From NCBI RefSeq assembly GCF_006345805.1, contig NC_043015.1:2790001-2854000 (forward strand): a stretch of DNA of 64,000 bases, in the 5' to 3' direction. The notes under the pieces are model-generated. The model searched no databases. It was not told the origin of the DNA and saw only the letters and a program-made list of their open reading frames with translations. Position numbers and translations under genes: made by a program. The stretch is from Octopus sinensis (taxonomy: Eukaryota). Within the stretch, counting starts at the first letter, position 1. Every line of letters starts with the position of its first letter. Positions 39,401 to 51,332 of this stretch are shown one piece after another.

Positions 39401-41054
39401 CGAAATACATATATGTATGCATAGTTATATGTACATGAACGTTTCTTGTAAATGAGTGGAAAGTTTACTAGTGAATGTGTTTAATAGTGAGGTACTACAA
39501 GAACATTTTTCTCTCCAGAGACACCAACTCTATATATATATATATATAATATATTTTATATTTATATACATGCAGACGTATATATATATATATATATATA
39601 AATAGAGAGAGAGAGAGAGAGGTAGAGAGAAGTTTTTGTATGTATTCATATCTATATATATGTGTAGGTGAATGGCCAATTGTTAGCATGTTGCACTGAA
39701 GATCGCTACATTTTGGGCTTCTTTGACAGACCGTCGGGGTGTTGTTTCATTGAGGAATAAAATCCAGTGCACACAACAATAAACAAGTATGATCGACTAG
39801 CCTCCCATTCAGATCAAATGTCTTCTTGCTTGTGTAGACAGTGGCGGCGTTTGATTTGAAATCTAGAGCTGTGCGAATTGCATTGTGACCAATGAGGAAT
39901 ATCAACATCCATTAATGCACACACGACTTGAAATTTGCATAAGGAATTATTTGCATGTAATAAATAAAAGGAAATACATTGGAATAAAATTTTATAGCCT
40001 AAATTATACTAACATTTTTATGCTCAAGTTTATGCTTCCATTATTATTTTAAAAGATAGACTCTAATTAATTAATTCGTTTCTAATCCTTAACTTGATTC
40101 AGAGAAATTTTTAAAAAAATGAAATTTCGTGGAAATATAAATCTTCAAATCTCTTTTGGTAGGAAATATGGATGGGCAGCTGTTGGAGGCGACCCAATTT
40201 CTTTCTTAATCATGAAAAAAGTTTCTACCGTTAGAGCAAATTAATTTGAATTTATCAATTTATTTTAGAAATGTAAGTGCACGTAAAAGATACAATTCTT
40301 TCTTCTAATACTGCAACGTATATGCATTTGAATGCATAGAATGTCACAATACATATTCATAAATTTTCAGAAATATAAATATGCGCATGTCAGTGCGTAT
40401 ACGAAATGCTCTAAGTAATTAAAACTGTCTTACATTTATAAAGAATGTATAATAATGTATGAATAATGAAGACCTATAGAATGCAGCAAAATCAAAGAGA
40501 ATTGATATAGAACACTTGAATTGCAAGTATAAATAGGTGTCAAATCTGACAAAAATTATTCGAGAAATTTTATTTTGAATCATAATGAGGTACGAGTGAT
40601 ATGTAAAATTAAACAAACGTTATTCTAGGAAGCCTGAAAACCTGTTTGAAAGCAACACCTTCCTAAATGCTAAGATATTCCGCTATATAATATATAGCTA
40701 TACATATATTGATTCAGAAACAAGATACGCCTAATTGATGATTATTGTAAAATGACATATGCTAGCCCAGTATTCTAACGTCGACAAAGGTCTGGATGAT
40801 TTATGTCAAACAGGATGATCTAATAAAAGGTTAAAACCGCGGTCCACCATCTTTTAACCGTGGCAAAATATGTTAGGGAGTTGAGAGAACGGATTGATCA
40901 TGAAACATATATAAAGTGTATCTCGAAATAATAAGTATAGTAATTGTGATAATGTAACATGATTACATGGAAATATATGCAAACATATTCAGAAGTCACA
41001 AATTAATAAATATTCTGATGAAGTGCCGTAAGAGGAAAATGAGCTTTCTAACAG

Positions 41055-41080
41055 ATAATGCATGCAGCAAACCCAAGGAG
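41055..41080 (+). CDS. Candidate 26-nt micro-exon (DNACSKPKE)
   Basis: Acceptor ctttctaacag, donor GAG|gtaatt, open in phase 1-0. Confidence 0.22.
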
Positions 41081-41344
41081 GTAATTCTTCTCAGCCATGT
41101 GCTAGCTAGCGTTAGCTTATTTTCATTTCTTACTCTCTCTAACTGTATTAAAAAAAAAAGTAAAAAATATTGTCTCACAACTTTTGCTGTCTCTGTTGCG
41201 CGCTCTCTTCGTGTACGCAGACATAGGCGCATATATATATATATATATGTTTCATATGTATGTATATGTATCTATCAATCTATATATATATAACTATATA
41301 TGTTTATATATATGTATACATATATATATATATATTATATATAC

Positions 41345-41376
<32 letters not shown>

Positions 41377-41377
<1 letters not shown>

Positions 41378-42478
41378 ATAACAATTAAGGAACGGCCATA
41401 ATAGGCCATTCACCCCCTAGAAATAACAGCCAAAGCTTCTACTAACCGCAAATAAAGATTAATTCCGTAAACAGAGAAATTAAAAAACATTTACCCTGTA
41501 TTTCTTGATTATTTGAATTTTTTTGGTTAATTCCGTAATGGAATCGACGGCTGATATTTATTTGCTGCCGATAAATTTGGCGCGAGTGCGACGATTTGAA
41601 AATTTTAGGTCGATATTGACTTGGCAAGATTGGGTATGCCTCGTGTAAATATCTGTTCCGACTTGAGCTATTTCTTGCTGAAGAATCCGAGGGCCTTATG
41701 GAAGATTGGCTTGATTTAATTTAATCATGTTAGTTTCCATTAAACAGCGGATGAACGGTATACCGTACAAGAATTACAGGGAAATGTTTTTTTAATTTTC
41801 TCCTGTTTACGGAATTAATCTTTATTTGCGGTAGAAGCTTTGGCTGTTATTTCTAGTGGGTGAATGGCCTATTATGGCCGTTCCTTAATTGTTATTGTTG
41901 AACTTAAAAATGGTCTATGACTACTTAATTTTTTCCACTGGGCCGCTGGTGGCAATAAAATTCTACAAAATTTTCCTTGCCCCCTATTTGATTAATTATG
42001 AATTTTTTTGGTTAATTCCGTAATGGATCGACGGCTGATATTTATTTGCTGCCGATAAATTTGGCGCGAGTGCGACGATTTGAAAATTTTAGTCAGATAT
42101 TGACTTGGCAAGATTGGGTATGCCTCGTGTAAATATCTGTTCCGACTTGAGCTATTTCTTGCTGAAGAATCCGAGGGCTTATGGAAGATTGGCTTGATTT
42201 AATTTAATCATGTTAGTTTAACCATTAAACAGCGGATGAACGGTATACCGTACAAGAAATTACAGGGTAAATGTTTTTTTAATTTTCTCCTGTTTACGGA
42301 ATTAATCTTTATTTGGCGGTAGAAGCTTTGGCTGTTATTTCTAGTGGGTGAATGGCCTATTATGGCCGTTCCTTAATTGTTATTGTTGAACTTAAAAATG
42401 GTCTATGACTATTTAATTTTTTCCGCACTGGGCCGCTGGTGGCAATAAAATTCTACAAAATTTTCCTTGCCACCCTAT
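41377..42478. repeat. ~485-bp tandem duplication preceded by an inverted ~130-bp piece; unit resembles the left end of a Tc1/mariner element (-)
   Basis: Units 41506-41986 and 41989-42477; 41377-41506 is the reverse complement of part of the unit. The minus strand starts TA-tagggtggc and encodes RQIYRQQINISRR (transposase HTH-like). Confidence 0.85.
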
Positions 42479-42503
42479 ATTGAATAAATAATATATATAA
42501 TAT

Positions 42504-42535
<32 letters not shown>

Positions 42536-43234
42536 ATATGTATGTAATATATATATATATATATTTATCGAGAGAGACAGAAGACTGAAGAGAGAGAGAG
42601 ATATATATGGAACGAGAGGGAGAGAGGGAGAGAACGGGAGTCAGCAGATGAAATTTAGGGTAGCTCAATATAGAAAATAATAAACAGCGCTGAAATACAT
42701 TTATCTTACACTCCGAAATCATTAGTGAGGACTAAATCCGCGGAGCCTACTAAAGGAATCCCTTTTGCTGCTTGTCTCTCCTCCTCTATATCTATCACGC
42801 TCACACTCATTCACTCTCACTCTCTCTGTATGTGTGTTTGTATGAGAGGGTATATTAATGATGACACGCACCCTAAAATTTCACAACACTTAGATCTTGG
42901 TCGTAAATATAATCCGAGTCCATTTATAGGATCCACTTTACTTTTCGCAGGAAGCATCTCAATACGACGTCAGGTAAAATCGATTTTATGGCATATTCAT
43001 AATCTGAATGTTTATCAGTCACTGCTTTACATATAGCTATATCAACCGAAGTTCCAAAGTCAAAAGTTCGAGAGGTCAAAGCATAGGATTTTCAGGCGAT
43101 ATTTTCAAAATATCATTGAATCTGAAATGTATATTCTGAATATATTTTGCTCAAAACAAATGTCAATAACGTAATATAATATACTCTTAAGCTCTAAAAT
43201 TGGTTACATCTGCTTGGCATATAGTTATTTTTTT

Positions 43235-43695
43235 TTCAATTCAATTAAATTTTTTATTGGCTCAAAAAGCAAAAGCAAGGAAATGTAGGAGGACATGGAG
43301 TTATGTACAGGGAGGGTGGTAATACAAAGTGTTCAGGCCCTTTCTCGTCAAGAGAGACTTTGAACCGAGCGGTCGTCGGCATCTTCAATATCTCGTCCGG
43401 TATCTTATTCCACGGATCCGCAACCCGGACGGGAAAAGCCCCTCTCGTTCGACTGAGATGAAATCGTCGTAGACAGAGCTTTTCGGAGTGACCCCGCAGC
43501 CCACGCTCTGGAGCAGGAGTGAAGAACAGCTCTTTCGAGAGGTTACACTTTCCGCTTATGATGTTGTGAGTGAGAATGAGATCATCACGGCGTCGTCGTT
43601 TTTCGAGAGAATAAAGGTCGAGCGTCTTCAGCCTTTCTTCATAAGACAAATGCTTGAGACCAAGAATCTTGCAGGTAGGCAACTTCTGCACACTT
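43235..43695 (-). mobile_element. CR1/L2-group LINE 3' end
   Basis: LKHLSYEERLKTLDLYSLEKRRRRDDLILTHNII...RGHSEKL...FPVRVADPWNKIP...FKVSLD, followed by AATAAA and a TTGAA-type tail. Confidence 0.88.
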
Positions 43696-43744
43696 ATGTA
43701 TATCTATACCACCTAATATAAAAAAATATAATAAATGCGCCCTT

Positions 43745-43960
43745 TTAAAGCCTAGCAAGCCTCATGGGCCCGGTTTCCCCTTGGCGTATGTGTTACCAAG
43801 CTGGATTATTCGCAGTATTATTCATTTTTGCCAAATTAGTGGACTGGAGCAACGTGAACTGAAGTGTTTTGCGCAAGATCACAACGCGTCGCCCGGTCCA
43901 TGAATCGAAACAACAATCTTATGATCATGATGCTGACACCATAACCACTAAACCAAACGC
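43745..43960 (-). mobile_element. tRNA-derived SINE (third family)
   Basis: Minus strand has TGGTTTAGTGG (A box) and GTTTCGATTC (B box); a related copy lies at 44420-44745. Confidence 0.7.
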
Positions 43961-43999
43961 TTCCACAGAAACTAATAAACTAGACTGAAATTATGATAC

Positions 44000-44340
44000 G
44001 GACCAGCAATTTCGGGGGAGGGGTAAATCGATTGCATCGTTCCCAGAGCTCTGATGGTAATTTAACGATGCCGTAAGAAAGTCGACCTCGGCGGAATTAG
44101 AACTCAGCAGGGAAAAGACGGGCATAATACCTATTTCTTTACTACCCACGAGGGGCTACACACAGAGAGGACAAACAAGGACAGACAAACATATTAAGTG
44201 GATTATATCGACCCCAGTGCGTAACTGGTATTTATTTAATCGATGCTGAAAGAATGAAAGGCAAAGTCGACCTCGGCGGAATTAGAACTCAGCAGGGATA
44301 AGACGGGCATAATACCACTAAGCATTTATCCCGGCATACA
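44000..44340 (-). mobile_element. SINE family B with duplicated core
   Basis: Reverse complement of 12914-13499; gtcgacctcggcggaattagaactcag occurs twice. Confidence 0.85.
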
Positions 44341-44419
44341 AAATGCTTAAACATAATTTACATTTATTTTAAAATTTTACTGAAGCTGAAATGTTTGCAT
44401 TCATTTGGTGCGTATATAA

Positions 44420-44745
44420 ATGAAACTTAAAACCCTTCGGTCATGAATGGGCATGAATACCACCTAGAAATTCCCCACCGATGTACAATTTCGAGTAACG
44501 TTACTTACGGACGACAGGCAATCACCCATGCATACAAGTATATCAGACACTCCTTTCCACACCATCCATGTTATCCAAAGGAAATGGAAAAGGACGATTC
44601 AGTTTTCACCAGTGGTGGCGCCGCTCATTACTACAGATGAGTGAATTGGAGCAAAGTTAAATAAAATGACTTGTTCAAGAACAGATTGCGATCATGATTT
44701 CGAAAACCCTTCCAATGATTTAAAACCAAACGTCTATCTACTGAA
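44420..44745 (-). mobile_element. Degraded SINE related to 43745-43960
   Basis: Shared gactggagcaacgtgaa / gaattggagcaaagttaa and cttgttcaagaac segments. Confidence 0.55.
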
Positions 44746-45999
44746 CTATACCTGTAACAGAAACCATTAAATATCGTAGAGTAAGCCGAGATGGTGGAAT
44801 CTGAGATTTAAAGCTCCTAACAAGTGCAGAAATGTCGATCTCTCGTAGTTATATATTTTTAGATATTGCCATAGGAAGGTTGGTACACAAGAAAATCTTG
44901 GATTATATGTTAACATTATTAGAACGCAAGAGTCAGTGTTATTGTGTGCAATTTGGAAGGCACATCAGAGACTTTGGAGAAGAACGACTTGACTTGTCTT
45001 CAAACTCTGCCCAAGTCATTGCTTCTTGGGCGATATACTGAATTAGCTCTGAAACCACGGGACCTAAGAAAATTGATTATACTCCTCCCACTACAATAAT
45101 TGCGGTTGATGCCAAAATTATAATCCGTTAAAATAATGATATTGTTCACCTTCATCATCGGTTCCATCTTGAAAAATGACCATAATGATGATATAACCTG
45201 TAGAAATATATTACCACAAATGAATAGCTAGACATGATGTATATGCAAGTTAGAAACTATTCAAAACATCAGTTGCCAACAACAACGTGGTGAATCCTTA
45301 GATTATTTTGTGTGTGTGTGTGATTATGGTAGAATATTTACCGAGACTTGATACACGCACCATCATCTTGAATCCATTCTGACGTTAGCATAGTTTTCAT
45401 TCGTGAGCTCTGTCATGGTCTTACCACCAAAGCTCATCCCATGTTTACGAATGTGAAGTAGCGTTAGCAAAATTACTTCACTGAAAATCTGTCAGGAAAT
45501 AATTCTAGAATATGTGACCAAAGTTGCAGCATTGATACTTGAAATAAATCGATGCAATTTTTACTAGTGATACCTATATCAATCAGTTTTGATGTTTTCA
45601 AGTGCCAAGAGTTAAATTGGTGAATATTTAACAATAACGAATGCTTGAGGGATAATAATTAGTCACACCGGTTATTATTTCAATGATAAAGTGACCGAAA
45701 TAGCTTAAGGAATTATCATTCATACTACCAAATCATTGTAGTCTTCTATGGTGTGTATTAATGTTAGCTATGATTGATCATCTAATTTCTACATGCTTCA
45801 AAACTCAAGCACTTAAAATATAACTGAAAATGGAAAACCTAGTCAAAATTAATTAATTGCCTTAAACTTATAGGGTTAAAGGTTACACACTCACACACAG
45901 TTACGGACAGACGGGCACATAAACATACATGTGCTATATATTATGAATTTAAGTTCATTATATATTATATGCTTATACATATTATTATTTTATATATAT

Positions 46000-46162
46000 A
46001 TGGATGTACCAAAACACTTTGATTCAAATTCGTTGGCACACCCGAGTTTCAAGTACGATATTAGTCGTCAGCAATTTTGAATTTGAAGTAACTGACGACT
46101 AGAATCGCGTTTGAAACTCAACTTACCAACGAAAGTGAATCAAACTGTTTTGATCCATACAT
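46000..46162. repeat. ~163-bp imperfect palindrome (MITE-like foldback)
   Basis: 46000-46080 aligns with the reverse complement of 46081-46162 (caaaaca.tttgattca..ttcgttgg...gagtttcaa...gat..tagtcgtcag). Confidence 0.8.
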
Positions 46163-46292
46163 TTAACTCCCAATATCGAGTACCCTTCTTTCGTTTCTCC
46201 ACTCACTCGTATATATATGTACCTCGGCATCCGAAACTCGGAGCTTTATCATGGCTACCGAATAATTGTCACAGATTTTTCAAGGCATTTTC

Positions 46293-46366
46293 CCATGGCA
46301 GAATAACTGAAGAGATAGCGGCGTGGATTTCCTCCTCGGCATCCGAAACTCGGAGTTTCATCATGG
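46293..46366 (+). ncRNA. Type-I hammerhead-like motif (family 2) with canonical CTGAAGA, within a 112-nt tandem repeat
   Basis: CCATGGCAGAATAA-CTGAAGA-GAT...ATC-C-GAAA-CTC-G-GAGT-T-TCATCATGG. The 3' half is repeated 112 nt upstream (GAAA at 46233 and 46345). Confidence 0.6.
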
Positions 46367-46442
46367 CTACCAAATAATTGCCATATATTACATTAACATA
46401 TATATATATATACGTGTGTGTGTGTATGTGTGTATGTGTCTG

Positions 46443-47660
46443 TATTAGGCTGACAAGAATGGAATTTCGTTTTTTTGTGTGAAATAAAAGCCATTTTTTC
46501 GTACAAATAAAGACATTTAAACAATTATATGTTTCTCATTCTGTTCGATGAACTGTCGCCATCTTTCTGGCAGCATTATTATTCTGCGTTCATTGAACTT
46601 CTGATACTTATCATCTAAAAAGAGAAGGTAGCGCGATTTCAATTCATTGTCACTACTGAAAGGTTTAGAATTCAAGGGATTTTGCAAATTTGATAATCTG
46701 ATGATTGGACGTGAAGGTTATATTGTGGATGTGCCATCACTTCCCAACCAAGCTCCAATAAATGTTGATGTGTTACTAAATGCGAGCGCGGTGTAGTGTT
46801 TTCATCCTGGAAAACAACTCCTTTACGTTTCATTAGTTGTTGACAGTAAACATCTGAATTGATCGTTTGGTTCCTTGCAAGCAGCTTAAAATGCACAACA
46901 CCTTTGTAATCCCACCAAATTGAGCGTGTGACCTGTTTTTGATGCACCTCAGAATTCGTCGTGTTTTCTGCCGGTTCATTATGCTCAAACCATGATCGTT
47001 TTCGATTGTTCTTATTGTAGATAATCCAGTTTTCATCACTAGTGATGATTCAGTTTTAAAAAGTGCCGATTTCATTGCGTTTGAGACGCCTCATGGAAAT
47101 ATTGATTCGTTGTGTTAAGTGAATTTCTTTCATTCTATGTAGAAACGAAAGGACGTATCCGAGAAACTTTAAGTGAATTTGAATTGTTTTGTGTGATACA
47201 TTTAACCCCTCTGCAATCTCACGCACAGGTATATGACAATCAAATTCAATTATGGCTTTCATTCGGTCATTATCAAATTCAGTAGGTCGACAAGGACGTT
47301 AGTCAGCTTCGAGTGGGAAATCTCCAGTACGAGGTTTTGACACCATATTTGAGATATGCGTTCTGGTAAGCAATCATCACCACCATATATTTCTTAGTGA
47401 GCCTCGTCAGCTTTCTTCTCATTAGAGAAATAAAAAAGCGAAATATGGCAAAAATATTCATTTTGCAATCCATGTTATAACTATCACTGAACTAACAGCT
47501 TTAAACAAACTTACGACCAATTTCCTTCTAATGTAAGATAAAAGGTAACGGCTATCAAATGTCAATAGGAAAAGAATCATAAAGTTGACAGAAACCATTC
47601 AAAAGAATTGTTACTCTATGCATAAGCGAAAGAGTAACTTACTTCTGAACAAACGTAGTA
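46443..47660 (-). mobile_element. Mariner (DD34D) transposon, near full length, decayed
   Basis: RTGDFPLE..RPCRPTEFDNDRMKAIIE, VREIAEGLNVSHKTI, SDENWIIY, SIWWDYKGVVHFKLLARNQTINSDVYCQQL, VVFQDENTTP, LLELGWEVMAHPQYN...SSDY, IMLPERWRQFIEQN. Frameshifts and stops are present; the TA-ttagg left end is visible and the TIRs are degraded. Confidence 0.93.
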
Positions 47661-47760
47661 ATGTATATATATATTATATATATATATATATACGCACACC
47701 ACACACACACACACACACCACATATATATATTATTATATATATATATATTATATATATAT

Positions 47761-47830
<70 letters not shown>

Positions 47831-47833
<3 letters not shown>

Positions 47834-48407
47834 TGTTATATTTCGGAATGGTCATATTGCCAGTTTAGCCAATAAAAACACACGCACTATATATTTGGTG
47901 TTATTTTGCTTCAGTGATATTTATTTTTTACATTAATCTTAATCTTATTTCGGCCAAAGTTCTTTCGTCACACTCCTGTGACCGCATCAGTGGTCCTTTG
48001 CTTTCTTCTCACTTACTTGTGTCTCTCCTTACTACCGTCAGCCATTTTGTATTTCTATTGTATGTCTTCATTTGCGCATGCTTATATCTCTATGTGCGTC
48101 TATGTTTATTTAGTGTGTGTGTGAGGGGGATGCCTGTAATATTTGTATCTTCTGGTTATATACATTCTTGTAATTTGTATTTTGTTTTGTTGTTGTTGCT
48201 TTTGTTCTAATTTTGGTCATGTGTTTACATCCACCCATTATTATCATTACATATGCTTGTATGTATGTATAACAACAATATTAGTAATAATATTAGTAAT
48301 AATAATAATAAATCTAATTGAAAAAACAAAAATGTATATATATATATACATATACATACATACATACATACATATATATATATATATACACATATATATA
48401 CATATAC

Positions 48408-48438
<31 letters not shown>

Positions 48439-50591
48439 TATACACACATACATACACATATACATATATATAGTTATTCATTTCTATTTCTTTAATTATC
48501 TGTGTATTTATTATGTTTGCAGGATCCACTATCGTCATATGTTTTGGTGTGCGCTATTGCTCCATTCTAGTTTTCTATTCAGGCTAGGTTTATTTCTATA
48601 TATGTGTAGCTTCTGTAATTTGTCTAATTGTTGTATCTGTTCTATGTGTGGACAATATATTAATCTCTATGTTATTGATTGATCCCCCCGTTTCTTGTTC
48701 AGCGTGTTGGTACAGAATCGATGAGCTTTTACCTTCCTTGAGTTGTTCTCAATGTTCATTCACCGCTCACCAATGCTTCTTGCTGTTTCCCCTACGTATG
48801 TTACTGCTGTCTTGTTACTGCATCGTCCCTCTATACATCTTATACTATAGACCACATTTCTGGCTTTACAGTTTGTTTGTGGGCTAAATCTACATACAGT
48901 GCAATAGTTATCCGTACAGAGAGTTCTACTAAAAGGATAGCTTCTACCAATTATAGATCTGATAGGGTTGCCTGGCTTTTCAACAACCTTAATTCTTAGT
49001 TTAAGTTTATCTAGGGTCCTTCTAAAGCGGTACGCCAGTTCACCACCTCAGGGGTGGTGTCAACGAACATGACACTCTGGTATTTATGGCTATCATACCA
49101 AGAGTTGGCCTTCCCTATTTTCTTTTTTGTCCTTTCTATAGGTTTCCATGACTTGTTCCAATAGAGTGGGCAAATCCCATTCCTATCATTACATAATATA
49201 TTATCAAATTTCTTTATGGCTCCTTTGTATACTCTGATCCTTTCTTTATGGCTGTAACCTGAGACTGCATGCGGTGAATGAAATACTGTATGTGTCCTCT
49301 TTAATTCTGTAGGCTCGCACATGCGTGACACATTTCTCATTATTCTGACGAGGTCTGCCATCAAAATATTGAACTTGGCATTGCCCGCAATGGCTGAGTT
49401 CCGGTGGAGCAGGTATTTTGAGGCCATAGGTTTTGCATAGTATGAATGAAGGATTTGGGTTTTATTTTTCACAATTTCTAGCCAGAGTTCAGTGTCTAGT
49501 ACTGGTAGTCTATGGTTGGGGTGTTTAGTGGGGTAGTCTATTGTGACCTTAATACTCTGGTGGATGGAGTTAGCTATTTGCTGGATGCTCTCTATAGTAT
49601 TAGTTTCTATTACTATATCAACATTACTCTCTTGTGGGGGTGCCTTTACTACTATATTGATATCATCAACATAGCGAGAGTACATGTTTACGAGTTTGGA
49701 TTTCTGCAGTAGGCATTATTTAAGCCTTCTGTCCCACCATACCATGAAGAGGTTGGCCACATCACCAGCGATACTAACACCGATGGCTGCCCCCTCGTCC
49801 TGGGCATATATTTTATTATTAAATTTAAATGTGTGGCCTTTAGGGTAACTCTTATACTAGCTCCTAGTGCATGTGCGATCATTTCTTTACCTGATGACAT
49901 TTGCGGGGCTCCGTATGGCTCTGGTCCATCCGCGCCATCTTTCTATATGTGTCTTCCTAGCCATAGAAGTAATTGTAGGCGGTCTACCTCTTAAACATCT
50001 ACTGGGGCAAAAACTACTAAGATTATGTTTATCTAAGTATTCACTATTATTGTCAGTCTAAGTAGGAGGCCCAGTTCTTCTGTGTCGACATTACAGAACT
50101 CCACCTGGCTCTCGTTGATCATCTCCACGCACTTCTCCACTGCAAAATCTACGTCAATCGATGGGTATAGGGATACCACATCCATGCTACCTACTATACA
50201 TCCTGTCAAGTCACAAGTTTTGTTAGAGTCACTGATCCTGCTTAGGAGATCTTCTGTGCTGTCACACACATCAGGTGACATCCTGATTTTAGGGCGTGTG
50301 ATCATTGAGAGGAAGTAGGAGATTCTGTAATTGCTAGCAATATTCGCTCCACAGACTGGTCTTGTTGGTGGTCCTGCTATAGGGTCAGTAAAACCTTTAT
50401 GGTCCTTGCGAAGTCCATACAGTGCCGGGATATCATGCGGTCACAGGAGTGTGACGAAAGAACTTTGGCCGAAATAAGATTAAGATTAATGTAAAAAATA
50501 AATATCACTGAAGCAAAATAACACCAAATATATAGTGCGTCTGTTTTTATTGCTAAACTGGCAATATGACCATTCCGAAATATAACAATAT
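47831..50591 (-). mobile_element. Penelope-like element, 5'-truncated and decayed (RT + GIY-YIG), flanked by 157-bp inverted terminal repeats
   Basis: RT: GSMDVVSLYPSID, YSRYVDDIN, IANSIHQSIKVTIDYP..LPVLD, HSYYAKPMAS. EN: TYVGETARSIGER..EH, RQITEATHIRNKPSLNRKLEW (about 48540-48870). 47831-47987 is the reverse complement of 50435-50591 (one substitution and one indel seen). Confidence 0.92.
47952..47995 (-). ncRNA. Type-I hammerhead-like motif (family 3), variant core CTGATGC
   Basis: GACCA-CTGATGC-G-GTCACA(GGAG)TGTGAC-GAAA-GAAC-T-T-TGGCC: stem I CCA/TGG, 6-bp stem II, 2-bp stem III. Confidence 0.6.
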
Positions 50592-50645
50592 CTGTTTCAA
50601 CACACGACTTCACATAAAAAATCTTGCACAACAAATATTTAAACG

Positions 50646-50679
<34 letters not shown>

Positions 50680-50710
50680 TATATATATCTAATTATGTAT
50701 GCGACGTATG

Positions 50711-50778
<68 letters not shown>

Positions 50779-51265
50779 ATATGTGTATGTTATATATATG
50801 TGTGTGTGTGTGGTATAGAGAGAAAAGAAAGAGAGATACAGGAATAATGTAGCTACGTAATATCAATGTGAAAACACACGTATCGCCGAATATTATAGAT
50901 TCTCTATTCAAATGGAGGAAAAACACACATGATATTGGTTTTCCGATTTCCGTAATTGGGCCTAATTGAGTTATTATTCATGTTTTCCATTTAGACAAAT
51001 AATTACATTCGTCAGATATTTATTTTTGCTTATTCTTTCTGATAGCTTTTGATCAGCATATGAAGCAAATACCTTATACGACATTACACATCTAATAAAA
51101 ATATATATCTGTTATACCATTTTGTATAAATCGATTGCTGGCTAGTTCGATATCAGGCTGCACATATATAATGAAAATATGAATGGAATGCAGACCATTA
51201 GATACGAAGGAGGCCCAAAACAGACAGGCGAGATAATTTAGAAATATATCCTTTTAATTACTCAC

Positions 51266-51332
51266 CACACTTGTTTCTAAGTCTAACATGGCAATTACAG
51301 AGATAAGGCATCATTCTAGACACCATTATTAG
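51266..51332 (-). CDS. Candidate 67-nt exon (LIMVSRMMPYLCNCHVRLRNKC-G), host gene unknown
   Basis: Near-consensus acceptor gcatttattttctttag and donor GTG|gtgagt; only one frame is open. Confidence 0.3.

Noticed and set aside
46520-47474. Mariner as an active or domesticated (SETMAR-like) gene
   Set aside because: It has multiple frameshifts and stops, degraded TIRs and altered catalytic motifs.
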